Below, one piece after another: positions 31,025 through 40,120 of a stretch of 64,000 nucleotides of DNA (within the stretch, counting starts at the first letter, position 1; every line of letters begins with the position of its first letter). Both the position numbers and the translations under genes were made by a program. The DNA lies in assembly GCA_018384735.1 (NCBI GenBank), contig JAHAXB010000032.1:7660-71659 (forward strand). Reading direction: 5' to 3'. The notes beneath the pieces are model-generated. The model was not told where the DNA came from, did not search any database, and saw only the letters and a list, made by a program, of their open reading frames with translations. The DNA is from Eubacteriales bacterium (GTDB taxonomy: Bacteria > Bacillota > Clostridia > Christensenellales > UBA1242).

Positions 31025-32373
31025 TAGTGGTTCCCTCCTGTAATCGCATGCACCGGACAGTTCTTCGCGCACAGTCCGCACTTAACGCAGACCGCGGGGT
31101 CAATTTGGTGACGCTGTTTCAGTTCGCCATGGATAGCGCCGACCGGACACTTCTTCGCACACAAACCACAACCCACACACTTGTCGGTAATGTGGTAACC
31201 ATGGAAGCAAGCTCCGGCGGGACAAATCCCTTGCAAATGCGCTTGAAATTCATCTTGGAAATGATTTAACGCAGATAAAATCGGGTTCGGGCTGCTTTGT
31301 CCTAAACCGCACAAACTGGTCGCCATGATTTGTTCGCCCAAAGTGCGCAGTTGAATTAAGTCCGCGGGCGTACCTTGTCCTTTGGTCAGGCGTTCCAAAA
31401 TGGCTTGCATTTTCTTGGTACCAATCCGGCACGGTGTACATTTACCACAACTTTCACTGGCGGAAAATTGCACAAAGAATTTGGCGAAGTCCACCATGCA
31501 GGTTGTTTCATCCAAAACAATCAAACCACCTGAGCCTAAGATTGCACCGACCTGTTTCAAACTGTCATAATCCAACGGCGTATCAAACAAATGAGCCGGC
31601 ACGCAACCACCACTGGGACCACCAATTTGGACGGCTTTAATCACATGCCCCGGCTTAGCGCCACCACAATAGTTTTCCACTAAATCGCGGATTGTGGTGC
31701 CAATCGGTACTTCCACCAAGCCACATTTTTGTACTGCGCCGGACACCGCAAAGATTTTGGTGTTCGGGAAATTAGCGGGTCCGTGCAAAATAATGTTCGG
31801 AATATTGGCTAAGGTTTCCACGTTGTTAATCATGGTTGGTTTTCCGTACAAGCCGGACTCGGTTGGATAAGGTGGACGCGGATGTGGTTCGCCACGCTTG
31901 CCCATCACGCTATTCATCAAAGCGGTTTCTTCGCCACAAACATAAGCACCCGCCCCTAAGCGAATATCAATGTCAAAATTTTTACCCAGAATGCCATTGG
32001 CACGGGCTTGGGTAATTGCCGTTTGTAAAGCGGTAACCGCATCCGGATATTCCGCGCGCACATAGATGACACCCTGATGCGCACCGACCGCATACCCCGC
32101 AATGCACATAGCTTCCAAAATCGTGTGTGGGTATTGTTCCATAATGGCACGGTCCATAAATGCGCCGGGGTCGCCTTCGTCACCATTACAAACTACAAAC
32201 TTTTGGTTGCCTGTGACCGCCGCCATCAAGCGCCATTTCTTACCGGTCGGGAAACCCGCACCACCTCGTCCCCGCAGTCCGCTTTGTTCCACCATGGTAA
32301 TTACCGCATCCGGCGTAATCTTTTCCGTTTGGATTTTTTGCCATGCTTCATATTTTCCGTTACCGAAGTTCAC
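31024..32373 (-). CDS. hydB: Hydrogenase flavoprotein subunit (NuoF-like)
   Basis: GRGGAGFP, NGDEGDPGAFMDR, GAYVCGEETAL, SCGKCTPCRIG, C-terminal 2x[4Fe-4S]. Confidence 0.93.
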   Translation of the reverse strand: MNFGNGKYEAWQKIQTEKITPDAVITMVEQSGLRGRGGAGFPTGKKWRLMAAVTGNQKFVVCNGDEGDPGAFMDRAIMEQYPHTILEAMCIAGYAVGAHQGVIYVRAEYPDAVTALQTAITQARANGILGKNFDIDIRLGAGAYVCGEETALMNSVMGKRGEPHPRPPYPTESGLYGKPTMINNVETLANIPNIILHGPANFPNTKIFAVSGAVQKCGLVEVPIGTTIRDLVENYCGGAKPGHVIKAVQIGGPSGGCVPAHLFDTPLDYDSLKQVGAILGSGGLIVLDETTCMVDFAKFFVQFSASESCGKCTPCRIGTKKMQAILERLTKGQGTPADLIQLRTLGEQIMATSLCGLGQSSPNPILSALNHFQDEFQAHLQGICPAGACFHGYHITDKCVGCGLCAKKCPVGAIHGELKQRHQIDPAVCVKCGLCAKNCPVHAITGGNH

Positions 32374-32773
32374 GAATTGCCTCCCTGATTTGTGCCGGTG
32401 TTGCTTTTTCGTAAACGCGGTCGTTAATTGTTACAATGGGTGCCGACGCACATTTACCCAAGCAACGGGTATTTTTTTGAATGGAAAATTTTCCGTCGGG
32501 CGTAACTTCGCCTTCCCCAATCCCAAGTTCTTCGCGCAAAACCGCCAAGATTTTTTCCGCACCCGCAATAAAACACGCCGTACCAGTACAAACCGCAATG
32601 ACGTTTTTACCTTGCGGAACAAAAGTAAATTGTTGATAAAACGAAGCGACGGAATAAACTTGGGTCGGTGAAAGATGAAATTCGTCCGCAATGCGTTGTA
32701 CGGCTTCACGCGAGATGTAACCCGCAGTTTGCATTTCTTTTTGTAAAGCGACAATCACACTATCCGGTATCAT
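32360..32773 (-). CDS. hydC: Hydrogenase [2Fe-2S] subunit (NuoE-like)
   Basis: VASFY, CTGTAC, CLGKC. Confidence 0.93.
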   Translation of the reverse strand: MIPDSVIVALQKEMQTAGYISREAVQRIADEFHLSPTQVYSVASFYQQFTFVPQGKNVIAVCTGTACFIAGAEKILAVLREELGIGEGEVTPDGKFSIQKNTRCLGKCASAPIVTINDRVYEKATPAQIREAIRELR

Positions 32774-33870
32774 TTGATTTTGACGGCCTCCAATTTACGT
32801 AGCGGGAACGGCAAACGCGCGCCCTTTTTACGGTAATCTTTCAGTAATTGTTTTTTAACAAACGCTGGACGCAAGTCGACATTTTCGATTTGGTCAATGT
32901 CCAACCAGACGGGTTCATAGGTGCCACCCTTACGCAACGGGTCGGTGTATTCTTCCGCATCGGTCGGTTGGGGTTCGCCACTTTGGTATTCGCAAGCCAT
33001 AAAAGTTTGCCAGCCGTCACCACGGTGGTGTTTATGGTCTTCGTACCAAAACTTATACAGTTCACGGAACGGACGAGCAACCACGCTGGTTTCTTCCAAA
33101 ACTTCACGTGCACATGTTTGGGTAAGGGTTTCACCGGGGTCAACGTGGCCACCGGGGAAAACATAATATTCTTGATTATCACGATGGCGACGAATGGCCA
33201 ATAACTTACCATCGCGAATGACAATGCCACGACCAATGATACTGGGCGCAATTTGCCATTGTTTTTGACGCGGGGGTTTGCTGAAACCGGTCAGTAATTG
33301 TTGCATTTGGTATTGCACCTGGTCACCCAAGCGTGCCACACCGTCTTTGGTCATACGACCATCTGCTAAGTATTGTTGCACATCAATTGCGGTGCCAACC
33401 TTAACACGGGTCAAACGGAACAAGCGGAACGGACGGTCAGTCACAATCGGAATAATGGGCACACCGCAATGTAACGCTGCCATGGCAATGCCGTTTTGAA
33501 TTTTCAAGTCGTTATCCGCGTTGAACGAGCGGTGACCTTCGGGCATAATCATTAACGCATGATTTTTTTGTAAAACTTTTTGACTTTCACGAATCAAAGA
33601 CATACTGGAAGCCTGCACCGGAATGCCACCCAAACAGCGGAAAAACCAGTTACCAAATTTTTTCTTGAATAAATCGCCTTTAATCCAGAAATTACTTTTG
33701 CGCCAAACATCAATGAACAAAACCGGACCGTCCATGGCATTGCGGTGGTTCATGGCTAAAATTACCGGTCGACCACGGTATTTACGCAACTCCTTTTTGT
33801 TAATCCATTTCGTCCAAAACATCAATTTGAACGGTATGTAGCAAATCAACTTTAATAAAAATCTTAACAT
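32770..33870 (-). CDS. Fusion of PlsC-type lysophospholipid acyltransferase and NUDIX hydrolase
   Basis: NHRNAMD (HX4D) and PEGHRS in the N-half; NUDIX box GGHVDPGETLTQTCAREVLEET in the C-half. Confidence 0.88.
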   Translation of the reverse strand: MLRFLLKLICYIPFKLMFWTKWINKKELRKYRGRPVILAMNHRNAMDGPVLFIDVWRKSNFWIKGDLFKKKFGNWFFRCLGGIPVQASSMSLIRESQKVLQKNHALMIMPEGHRSFNADNDLKIQNGIAMAALHCGVPIIPIVTDRPFRLFRLTRVKVGTAIDVQQYLADGRMTKDGVARLGDQVQYQMQQLLTGFSKPPRQKQWQIAPSIIGRGIVIRDGKLLAIRRHRDNQEYYVFPGGHVDPGETLTQTCAREVLEETSVVARPFRELYKFWYEDHKHHRGDGWQTFMACEYQSGEPQPTDAEEYTDPLRKGGTYEPVWLDIDQIENVDLRPAFVKKQLLKDYRKKGARLPFPLRKLEAVKIK

Positions 33871-33874
33871 GTAG

Positions 33875-34498
33875 TTATTTTAATATAATTGCTAACAGTT
33901 CGTCCACCACTTCATCGGCCATGCGTCCCGTAGTATCAATTTCAATCGCGTCCGGAACCTTGACCAAGGGTGCCACTTTGCGTTCCATATCCAAGCGGTC
34001 ACGTTCTTTGGTAGCGGCCAAAACTTCCGCTAAAGTGATTTGTTCACCACGGCGGACATAATCCATGTAGCGACGGTGCGCGCGTTCCTCCAAACTGGCA
34101 TTAACATAAAACTTGTACGCAGCATCGGGGAAAGCCACCGAAGTGGTTTCACGTCCTTCGACAACCAAATCAAAGTTACCCGCGGTTTGGTGTTGAATTT
34201 GGTGGACACGGTCTTGCACATCGGTGTGCATCGCCACCACAGCGACATGGTTGGAAACCTCAATCGAACGGATTTCCTTGGTAACATCTTCCCCGTCCAA
34301 AAAAACCAAAGTGCGTTTATCCGGACTGCATTTAATTTCAATTTGGCATTGGTGGTAATCCTTACCCCGCAAATCACATAGCGCAATCGCGCGATAAATC
34401 GCCCCGGTATCCAAACATAAATAATTTAATTTCTTCGCTAATAATTTTGAAATCGTTCCTTTCCCGCTGGCAACGGGACCATCCATTGCTATAACCAT
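33875..34498 (-). CDS. cmk: Cytidylate kinase
   Basis: IAMDGPVASGKGT, LDTGAIYR, EGRE, ERDRLD. Confidence 0.95.
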   Translation of the reverse strand: MVIAMDGPVASGKGTISKLLAKKLNYLCLDTGAIYRAIALCDLRGKDYHQCQIEIKCSPDKRTLVFLDGEDVTKEIRSIEVSNHVAVVAMHTDVQDRVHQIQHQTAGNFDLVVEGRETTSVAFPDAAYKFYVNASLEERAHRRYMDYVRRGEQITLAEVLAATKERDRLDMERKVAPLVKVPDAIEIDTTGRMADEVVDELLAIILK

Positions 34499-34554
34499 AC
34501 TAAGTTTTACTGTATCACGAGTTAAATTTTTTGGCAAAAGGAAAAAGCCCGGAC

Positions 34555-34583
34555 TTGTCAATTCCATACTAACATGCTATCAT
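34555..34583 (+). promoter_or_regulatory. SigA-type promoter of rnpB
   Basis: TTGTCA-N17-TATCAT with extended -10 TG, just before the RNA 5' end. Confidence 0.8.
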
Positions 34584-34588
34584 AAAGC

Positions 34589-34920
34589 GTTAATCAGACG
34601 CTCGCTGTGCGTTAGCGCGTACAGAGGAAAGTCTGGGCATCAAATGGCATCATGCAAGCTAACGGCTTGTCGTGGCGACACGAAGGACAGTGCAACAGAA
34701 AGTAAACCGCCCGGCAACGGGTAAGGGTGAAACGGCGGAGTAAGAGCCCACCGCACTGCGGGTGACCGTAGTGGCAATGTAAACCCCATGAGATGCAAGG
34801 TCAGCGGTCGGGATTTAATGGCGGCCAGTCAACTCGACCCATACACCGCGCGAGCGTGCCGGCGACGGTACGCCAAGATAGATGAGCGTCCAACGACATA
34901 ACCCAGCTTACCGATTAACT
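34589..34920 (+). ncRNA. rnpB: RNase P RNA
   Basis: GAGGAAAGUCUGGGC, AGUGCAACAGAAAG, GGGUGAAACGGCGG, AAACCCC...GCAAG, AGAUAGAUG, ACAUAACCCAGCUUA; ends GUUAAUC/GAUUAAC pair as P1. Confidence 0.96.
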
Positions 34921-34923
34921 CAC

Positions 34924-34945
34924 AAAGACCCGCAAGGGTTTTTTT
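34924..34945 (+). terminator. Intrinsic terminator of rnpB
   Basis: AAAGACCC-GCAA-GGGTTTTTTT. Confidence 0.85.
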
Positions 34946-34982
34946 GATGCACAAGTTTGCCCGCGTCACAATAAACTGACAT

Positions 34983-35168
34983 ATGGAAACAACAACCGTG
35001 ACGGTGCGCGCAGCGCCGGACGCTTTGGTCAAAATTTACGACGAAAGCCGTGACGAAGTTTTATACATTGATAACACGAACGAAGACGGCACCACTCCGC
35101 CGATTGCGCTACCTTTGTCCGGCAACTATTTTGTCGACGTCACCGTTTTCGATAATAAAGATAACTAA
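34983..35168 (+). CDS. Small acidic hypothetical protein (beta-rich)
   Basis: 61-aa ORF with host-like codons and a promoter-like element just upstream. Confidence 0.55.
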   Translation: METTTVTVRAAPDALVKIYDESRDEVLYIDNTNEDGTTPPIALPLSGNYFVDVTVFDNKDN

Positions 35169-35169
35169 T

Positions 35170-35892
35170 CTATTTTTTGAACACGAAAATATACTCATGT
35201 GCCAATAAAAGAAAGTTGTATTTCTTGCTATTGGTTTTCCAAAAACCGGTCGCCTTGCAGTTGTGTTGCTCTTTGATAATAATTTCTTTTTGTTTGAAAC
35301 CAGTTTGAATAAAGCGTTGCATTACTTCAAAGCCAAGTGGTTGCACCATACCGTGTTTACGAGTATCTCCCATTACAATGGCGCAAAATTTATCTTTTTT
35401 CAAAACACGATAGCATTCTTTGGCAACTTGTTCCATCGCCACAATAAAATCTTTATATTTTAATTGCGACAAATCGCCATCAATACCATCACTGTATTTG
35501 ATAATATCAGCATAGGGTGGGTGCGTGCAAATTAAATCAATTGATTCATCTTTAATGTCTTTCAAATCACAAGCATTACCCAGTTCAACTTTGATTTTAT
35601 TTTGATACTCGCATTCAAAATTGAGTTTTAATTTTGTTAAATCAACAGCTATTTGATTTATATCAATACCAATTGCATTACGATTGTTTAACTTACATTC
35701 AATTAAAGTTGTGCCCCCACCGACAAATTGATCTAAAACTAAATCGTTTGGTTGTGAATAACGCAAGATAATATTTTTGGCAACATAAGGTGAAAAATTG
35801 CCACGATATTTAGCATCGTGTGTCGCCCATTTGCCACGCTTGGGAAAACTCCAAACAGTATTAGTCTCAAGCTCAAATTCTTCAGTTGCCAC
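35170..35892 (-). CDS. Amino (N4-C/N6-A) DNA methyltransferase
   Basis: VLDQFVGGGTT (motif I), IGIDIN, CTHPPY (motif IV). Confidence 0.85.
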   Translation of the reverse strand: MATEEFELETNTVWSFPKRGKWATHDAKYRGNFSPYVAKNIILRYSQPNDLVLDQFVGGGTTLIECKLNNRNAIGIDINQIAVDLTKLKLNFECEYQNKIKVELGNACDLKDIKDESIDLICTHPPYADIIKYSDGIDGDLSQLKYKDFIVAMEQVAKECYRVLKKDKFCAIVMGDTRKHGMVQPLGFEVMQRFIQTGFKQKEIIIKEQHNCKATGFWKTNSKKYNFLLLAHEYIFVFKK

Positions 35893-35897
35893 GTAGA

Positions 35898-36437
35898 TCA
35901 GTCCTCAATGTTTTCTGGTGGAACAGGTAATCCTAATTTTGCTAATGGGATATATTCAAAATAGTAATCACAGCCAACTGATTGAATATAGTCCAAAACA
36001 TCTTTATAGCGTTCATTTTTGAACCATTCATCTAAAAGATAAATATATTGCACATCGATATTAGCTGGTGCCATTAGTTTTTTATATTGCTTTTTCTTGA
36101 AATCACAAGTTTGCAATTTTTCATCGACTGAACCAGCCACTTGCTGATGTTTACATTCAATAATGAATAAAGTGTTATTCAACAACACAAAAATGCTATC
36201 ATCTGGTAATAGTTTTTTTGAAATACACTTTGTCCAATCGATTTTTAATTCTTTTAAGAAAATTGCATAGAAGTCATTCTTTTTGAAAACTCGTGCAACC
36301 TTTTCATTGTCAAAATAAACATCATGTCCTTGAATACTATAATGTGGTTGTCTACTTAAAAAAGTAGCCAAATCAACTTTTCCTTCAAACACTAATCCAG
36401 TGCGAGTATTTCCGCCACCTTTGCCGTTTCTAATCAT
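35898..36437 (-). CDS. Putative PD-(D/E)xK restriction endonuclease
   Basis: LLPDD...IIECK, GSVDEK; lies between two MTase genes. Confidence 0.78.
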   Translation of the reverse strand: MIRNGKGGGNTRTGLVFEGKVDLATFLSRQPHYSIQGHDVYFDNEKVARVFKKNDFYAIFLKELKIDWTKCISKKLLPDDSIFVLLNNTLFIIECKHQQVAGSVDEKLQTCDFKKKQYKKLMAPANIDVQYIYLLDEWFKNERYKDVLDYIQSVGCDYYFEYIPLAKLGLPVPPENIED

Positions 36438-36438
36438 T

Positions 36439-37341
36439 TTATTTCCTCCTTTTGTAATTTCTTACTACGATCTCTGTTATATCGCCGCGCTTACTTGCTT
36501 GGCAGTTGATCATTCGTTTTGCAAAGACGCGATCAATATTAAAATTACGATATAAGTCATCAAAGAAATTATCCGCTTTGTTAGTATTCTTTGGGTCGGA
36601 ATTTGACAACATCAACAAACAACCTTTATTGTTTAATAATTTATAATTATCTGCCAATTTAATTTGGTCATTGTCGTCAAATCCTGACTTGTCGTAACTC
36701 ACAAAAGAATTATTCTCTATCAATGGACGATAGGGCGGGTCGAAATAGACCAAAGTATTTTTATCGGCTTTATCCAAAACTTGTTCATAACTGCCAAAGC
36801 TGATTTCAACTTTTTGTAAAAGTTTGGCACACAAAATTAAATTATCTTGATCACAAATTAAAGGATTTTTATAGCGACCGTGTGGTACATTAAATCTCCC
36901 ATCACGATTGACACGATAAAGTCCATTAAAACAGGTGCGGTTTAAGAAAATAAAATCAGCGCATTTTTCAAAATCATAATGACCATTAAGATGAATTTCA
37001 TTGTAACGATTGCGCACTAAATAAAAATATTGAGTACGGTCTTCGCTGGATAAATATTCCTTTTCTAACTTTGCCAACTGTTTAATTACTTCTTGCACAT
37101 CGGCTTTTAAGCAACGATAACAATTAATCAATTCTTTGTTGATATCGTTAATATATGCTTTTTCGATTGGATAATTTTGTAAGACATAAAATAAAACAGC
37201 ACCACCACCAACAAACGGTTCAATATAAGTTTTAATTTGTCCGTTAGCAAGTTCATCTGGAAACATCGTGCTAAAAGAATTAAGCAACTGACCTTTACCA
37301 CCTGCCCATTTTAAAAACGGCTTTGCCACACCCTTACACAT
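36439..37341 (-). CDS. Dam/DpnM-family DNA adenine methyltransferase
   Basis: KWAGGK, EPFVGGG, FNGLYRVN, DPPY, LSNS. Confidence 0.95.
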   Translation of the reverse strand: MCKGVAKPFLKWAGGKGQLLNSFSTMFPDELANGQIKTYIEPFVGGGAVLFYVLQNYPIEKAYINDINKELINCYRCLKADVQEVIKQLAKLEKEYLSSEDRTQYFYLVRNRYNEIHLNGHYDFEKCADFIFLNRTCFNGLYRVNRDGRFNVPHGRYKNPLICDQDNLILCAKLLQKVEISFGSYEQVLDKADKNTLVYFDPPYRPLIENNSFVSYDKSGFDDNDQIKLADNYKLLNNKGCLLMLSNSDPKNTNKADNFFDDLYRNFNIDRVFAKRMINCQASKRGDITEIVVRNYKRRK

Positions 37342-37434
37342 TTCCCTTCCGTATCCTTACTTTATTACTACAAAAATATTGTAGCACAATGAAAATGATT
37401 TGTACGTTTTTTTACACATAAAAAATGACCTGAA

Positions 37435-37674
37435 TTACAGGTCATCTTTTTCATTACTTTCGTTGTAGAATTCAACTTTCCCCACAGAAGCTTGCAGCGC
37501 CGCCAACTTTGACATTTCCCAATAGTTTTTTAATGATTCATCCCACTTTTCTTTGGGACCAAAAGCCTTAACCATCCGCGGTTCAAATTCCTTGTTAAAC
37601 ATCTGGTGAACTCTTTCTGGTAACGGGCGATTATCTGGTATCATACCATGATTGATTTGAGATTTTTTATCCAT
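37435..37674 (-). CDS. Hypothetical protein
   Basis: 79-aa ORF with purine-rich SD-like sequence, upstream of the R-M cassette. Confidence 0.55.
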   Translation of the reverse strand: MDKKSQINHGMIPDNRPLPERVHQMFNKEFEPRMVKAFGPKEKWDESLKNYWEMSKLAALQASVGKVEFYNESNEKDDL

Positions 37675-37811
37675 TGTGAAAACCCCTTTTATCTTGTCAG
37701 TAGTTTAGCACACTCACAAAAATAATTGCAAGACCTGAGTTAATTTTTTTTGCCGACATTTTTCGACAAATTTCGTTTGGTAAACCCGCCGGAGCGTTGT
37801 ATTTTGAGGAT

Positions 37812-38189
37812 ATGTCACGTCGTAAATTTGTCCTCAATTTGGTCGTAGTTTTGGTCTGCGGCGTGATTGCTTTGTCGCTACCGGTAATTGTGAACCACAC
37901 ACGCAAAACCGCCAATGCCAACAGTAACCAAGTTTACCTGTGCAGTGTCAAGATTGATGATAATTTACTTGATACCACGGTTTGGCAAATCCAGTTAGTT
38001 TCCGGCAATAAGGTTATCAAAACTTGGGACGAAATTTATCAAGCCGTAAATGCTGGTAAGGCCACCTTAACTTATGACGACAAAAACTTGCGTTTGGATG
38101 CCCGCGGCTTATTACTAAAGAAAACAACCGAGGGTAAATACCACTCGGTTGTCATTTATCAAGGTTATGACTGTGAACTCAGTTGTTAA
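37812..38189 (+). CDS. Hypothetical membrane-anchored or secreted protein
   Basis: MSRRK followed by a hydrophobic helix and a small soluble domain. Confidence 0.65.
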   Translation: MSRRKFVLNLVVVLVCGVIALSLPVIVNHTRKTANANSNQVYLCSVKIDDNLLDTTVWQIQLVSGNKVIKTWDEIYQAVNAGKATLTYDDKNLRLDARGLLLKKTTEGKYHSVVIYQGYDCELSC

Positions 38190-38950
38190 ACTTCGCGACG
38201 GCGACTGACCAACCAACCACCCGTGACAAAGACCGCGGTGTAACCAATCGGCAACAAAATCGCGCGTAACAGTTGCGCCTTAGTCAACTTATTACCCATC
38301 AAAGTCACTAGCACCGATTCTAAATGATAATCCCTAATGCTAAAGTTAAAATTTTTCACACGGACAAAAATCAAAGAAATCAAAAGGTCTAACAAACCGA
38401 ACACGATAGTGATACCCACAACGTTGACTGCAACAGCCACACCCAAGCGTCCAATCATACTGCTTAGGCCAAAGTACAAACCATGTAAGCCAATCAACCA
38501 CAAAAATTGCAAAGCCAAACTGCCCCATTGGTAAGCGGGAATGCTGCGGGCTGGTGCCCCCAGAATATTCGCAAACAAGAAACTGTACACCATGTAAATC
38601 ACAGCCATGACCAGCACGACACCTAGTGATACCAAATATTTACTGAAGTAAACGGCAGTGCGACTGTAACCACGGGCATAAATATTTTTAATGGTATGTT
38701 GTGCATCATCACTGCAAGCAAACAACGCTAAGTAGATCGCCATCAACGAGGCAAAACTGCCACTGCTCAACGCGGTTAATAACATATTGGTGGCGTTCAA
38801 ATCCGGCGAACCCAAAACCGATGCGAGATCCGTAATCACCTTACTTAATAACATTATCAAAGTAATACTGATTAAACCTAAACTAAAAATAATGTAAAAG
38901 GCTTTGGATTGACGCAGTTTACGCAACTCAAATTTTAACAAGTTAATCAT
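38186..38950 (-). CDS. ABC-2 type transporter permease
   Basis: NLLKFELRKL, about six TM, KNIYARGYSR; overlaps the ATPase gene. Confidence 0.88.
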   Translation of the reverse strand: MINLLKFELRKLRQSKAFYIIFSLGLISITLIMLLSKVITDLASVLGSPDLNATNMLLTALSSGSFASLMAIYLALFACSDDAQHTIKNIYARGYSRTAVYFSKYLVSLGVVLVMAVIYMVYSFLFANILGAPARSIPAYQWGSLALQFLWLIGLHGLYFGLSSMIGRLGVAVAVNVVGITIVFGLLDLLISLIFVRVKNFNFSIRDYHLESVLVTLMGNKLTKAQLLRAILLPIGYTAVFVTGGWLVSRRREV

Positions 38951-39861
38951 GCTCGACCTCCCATGCGTTGGATGAAATAATCTTCCATGTTATCCGTAGC
39001 AAAAGTAATACTTTCCACATTAATGCCCGCTTTGACCAATTCAGTGTTGACTTTAGAACTTTCCAGTTTTTCGCCAGCCACATCCAAACTGTTTTCGTTG
39101 GCGCTAATTTTAGCTTTAGGTGCCAGTTTCTTGATGACCTTGGCGGCAACCGCAGGCTGGTCGGTTACAATGTGCAATTTTTGTTGGCACTGCTTCATCA
39201 ATTCGTCCGCGGCAATTTCTTCCACTAAACGACCTTGGTTAATGATACCGTAGCGGGTGGTAATTTTAGCCAGCTCGTCCAACAAGTGACTGGAAACCAA
39301 AATGGTCACACCTTGTTCACGGTTCAAACGCAACAACAGGTCGCGGATTTCTTTAATACCTTCCGGATCCAAACCGTTAATCGGTTCGTCCAAAATTAAC
39401 ATATCGGGATGACCGAGCATGGCAATCGCAATACCTAAACGCTGTTTCATTCCCAACGAGAACTTGCCCACTTTCTTTTTGCCCACGTCCCCCAAACCGA
39501 CAAAACGCAAAATGCTGTCGATTTCGCTGGCATCTGCATTCGCCAGTAGCGCAAAGCGTCGCAAATTTTCCGCCGCTGTACAACCTTTGTACAAAGCGGG
39601 TTCCTCAATCAGTGAGCCAATTTGATGACGCGCCTGAGTTAATTTTGTGGCACCGAACAATCTGATGGTACCTTGGGTCGGTTGTGACATACCGAGCAAC
39701 AACTTCATCAAAGTCGTTTTACCAGCGCCGTTCTTACCAATGAACCCATAGATATCGCCTTGTGCCACATGCATATTGACATGGTCCAAAACGGTTTTGC
39801 TACCATAGGTCTTGGTCAAATTACTGGTCTCAATCACCCAGTGATTTTGACTTGTTTCCAT
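38947..39861 (-). CDS. ABC transporter ATP-binding protein (BcrA/lantibiotic-immunity-like)
   Basis: GKNGAGKT, FSLGMKQRL, ILDEPINGLD, SSH. Confidence 0.93.
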   Translation of the reverse strand: METSQNHWVIETSNLTKTYGSKTVLDHVNMHVAQGDIYGFIGKNGAGKTTLMKLLLGMSQPTQGTIRLFGATKLTQARHQIGSLIEEPALYKGCTAAENLRRFALLANADASEIDSILRFVGLGDVGKKKVGKFSLGMKQRLGIAIAMLGHPDMLILDEPINGLDPEGIKEIRDLLLRLNREQGVTILVSSHLLDELAKITTRYGIINQGRLVEEIAADELMKQCQQKLHIVTDQPAVAAKVIKKLAPKAKISANENSLDVAGEKLESSKVNTELVKAGINVESITFATDNMEDYFIQRMGGRA

Positions 39862-39907
39862 AACCGCATTGTACCCCGCCCAAAATCATGTGTCAAACAA
39901 GAGCAAC

Positions 39908-39937
39908 AAAAAAGACCAAATCGTACGACTTGGTCTT
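39908..39937 (-). terminator. Terminator downstream of tRNA-Leu
   Basis: AGACCAA...TTGGTCT stem followed by a T-run on the minus strand. Confidence 0.75.
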
Positions 39938-39940
39938 CTT

Positions 39941-40027
39941 TGGTGCCCAGGATCGGACTTGAACCGATATGGAGTTGCCCCCGAGGGATTTTAAGTCCCT
40001 TGCGTCTGCCGATTTCGCCACCTGGGC
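39941..40027 (-). tRNA. tRNA-Leu(UAA)
   Basis: Reverse complement GCCCAGG...GGGA-CT-TAA-AA-TCCC, long variable arm, GGTTCAAGTCC, CCTGGGC-A-CCA. Confidence 0.97.
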
Positions 40028-40120
40028 GTATGTTGAGATTATAACACCCGCCGTGGCAAATGACAAGATAATTTGCACAGAAAAGTTGCCGAAACCCGGA
40101 AAATGTGGAATAATCAAAAC

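Noticed and set aside
34946-39940. A single genomic island integrated at tRNA-Leu and spanning the ABC transporter and R-M cassette
   Set aside because: No duplicated tRNA-Leu 3' end or integrase was found, the native terminator still follows the tRNA, and the ABC genes look host-like.
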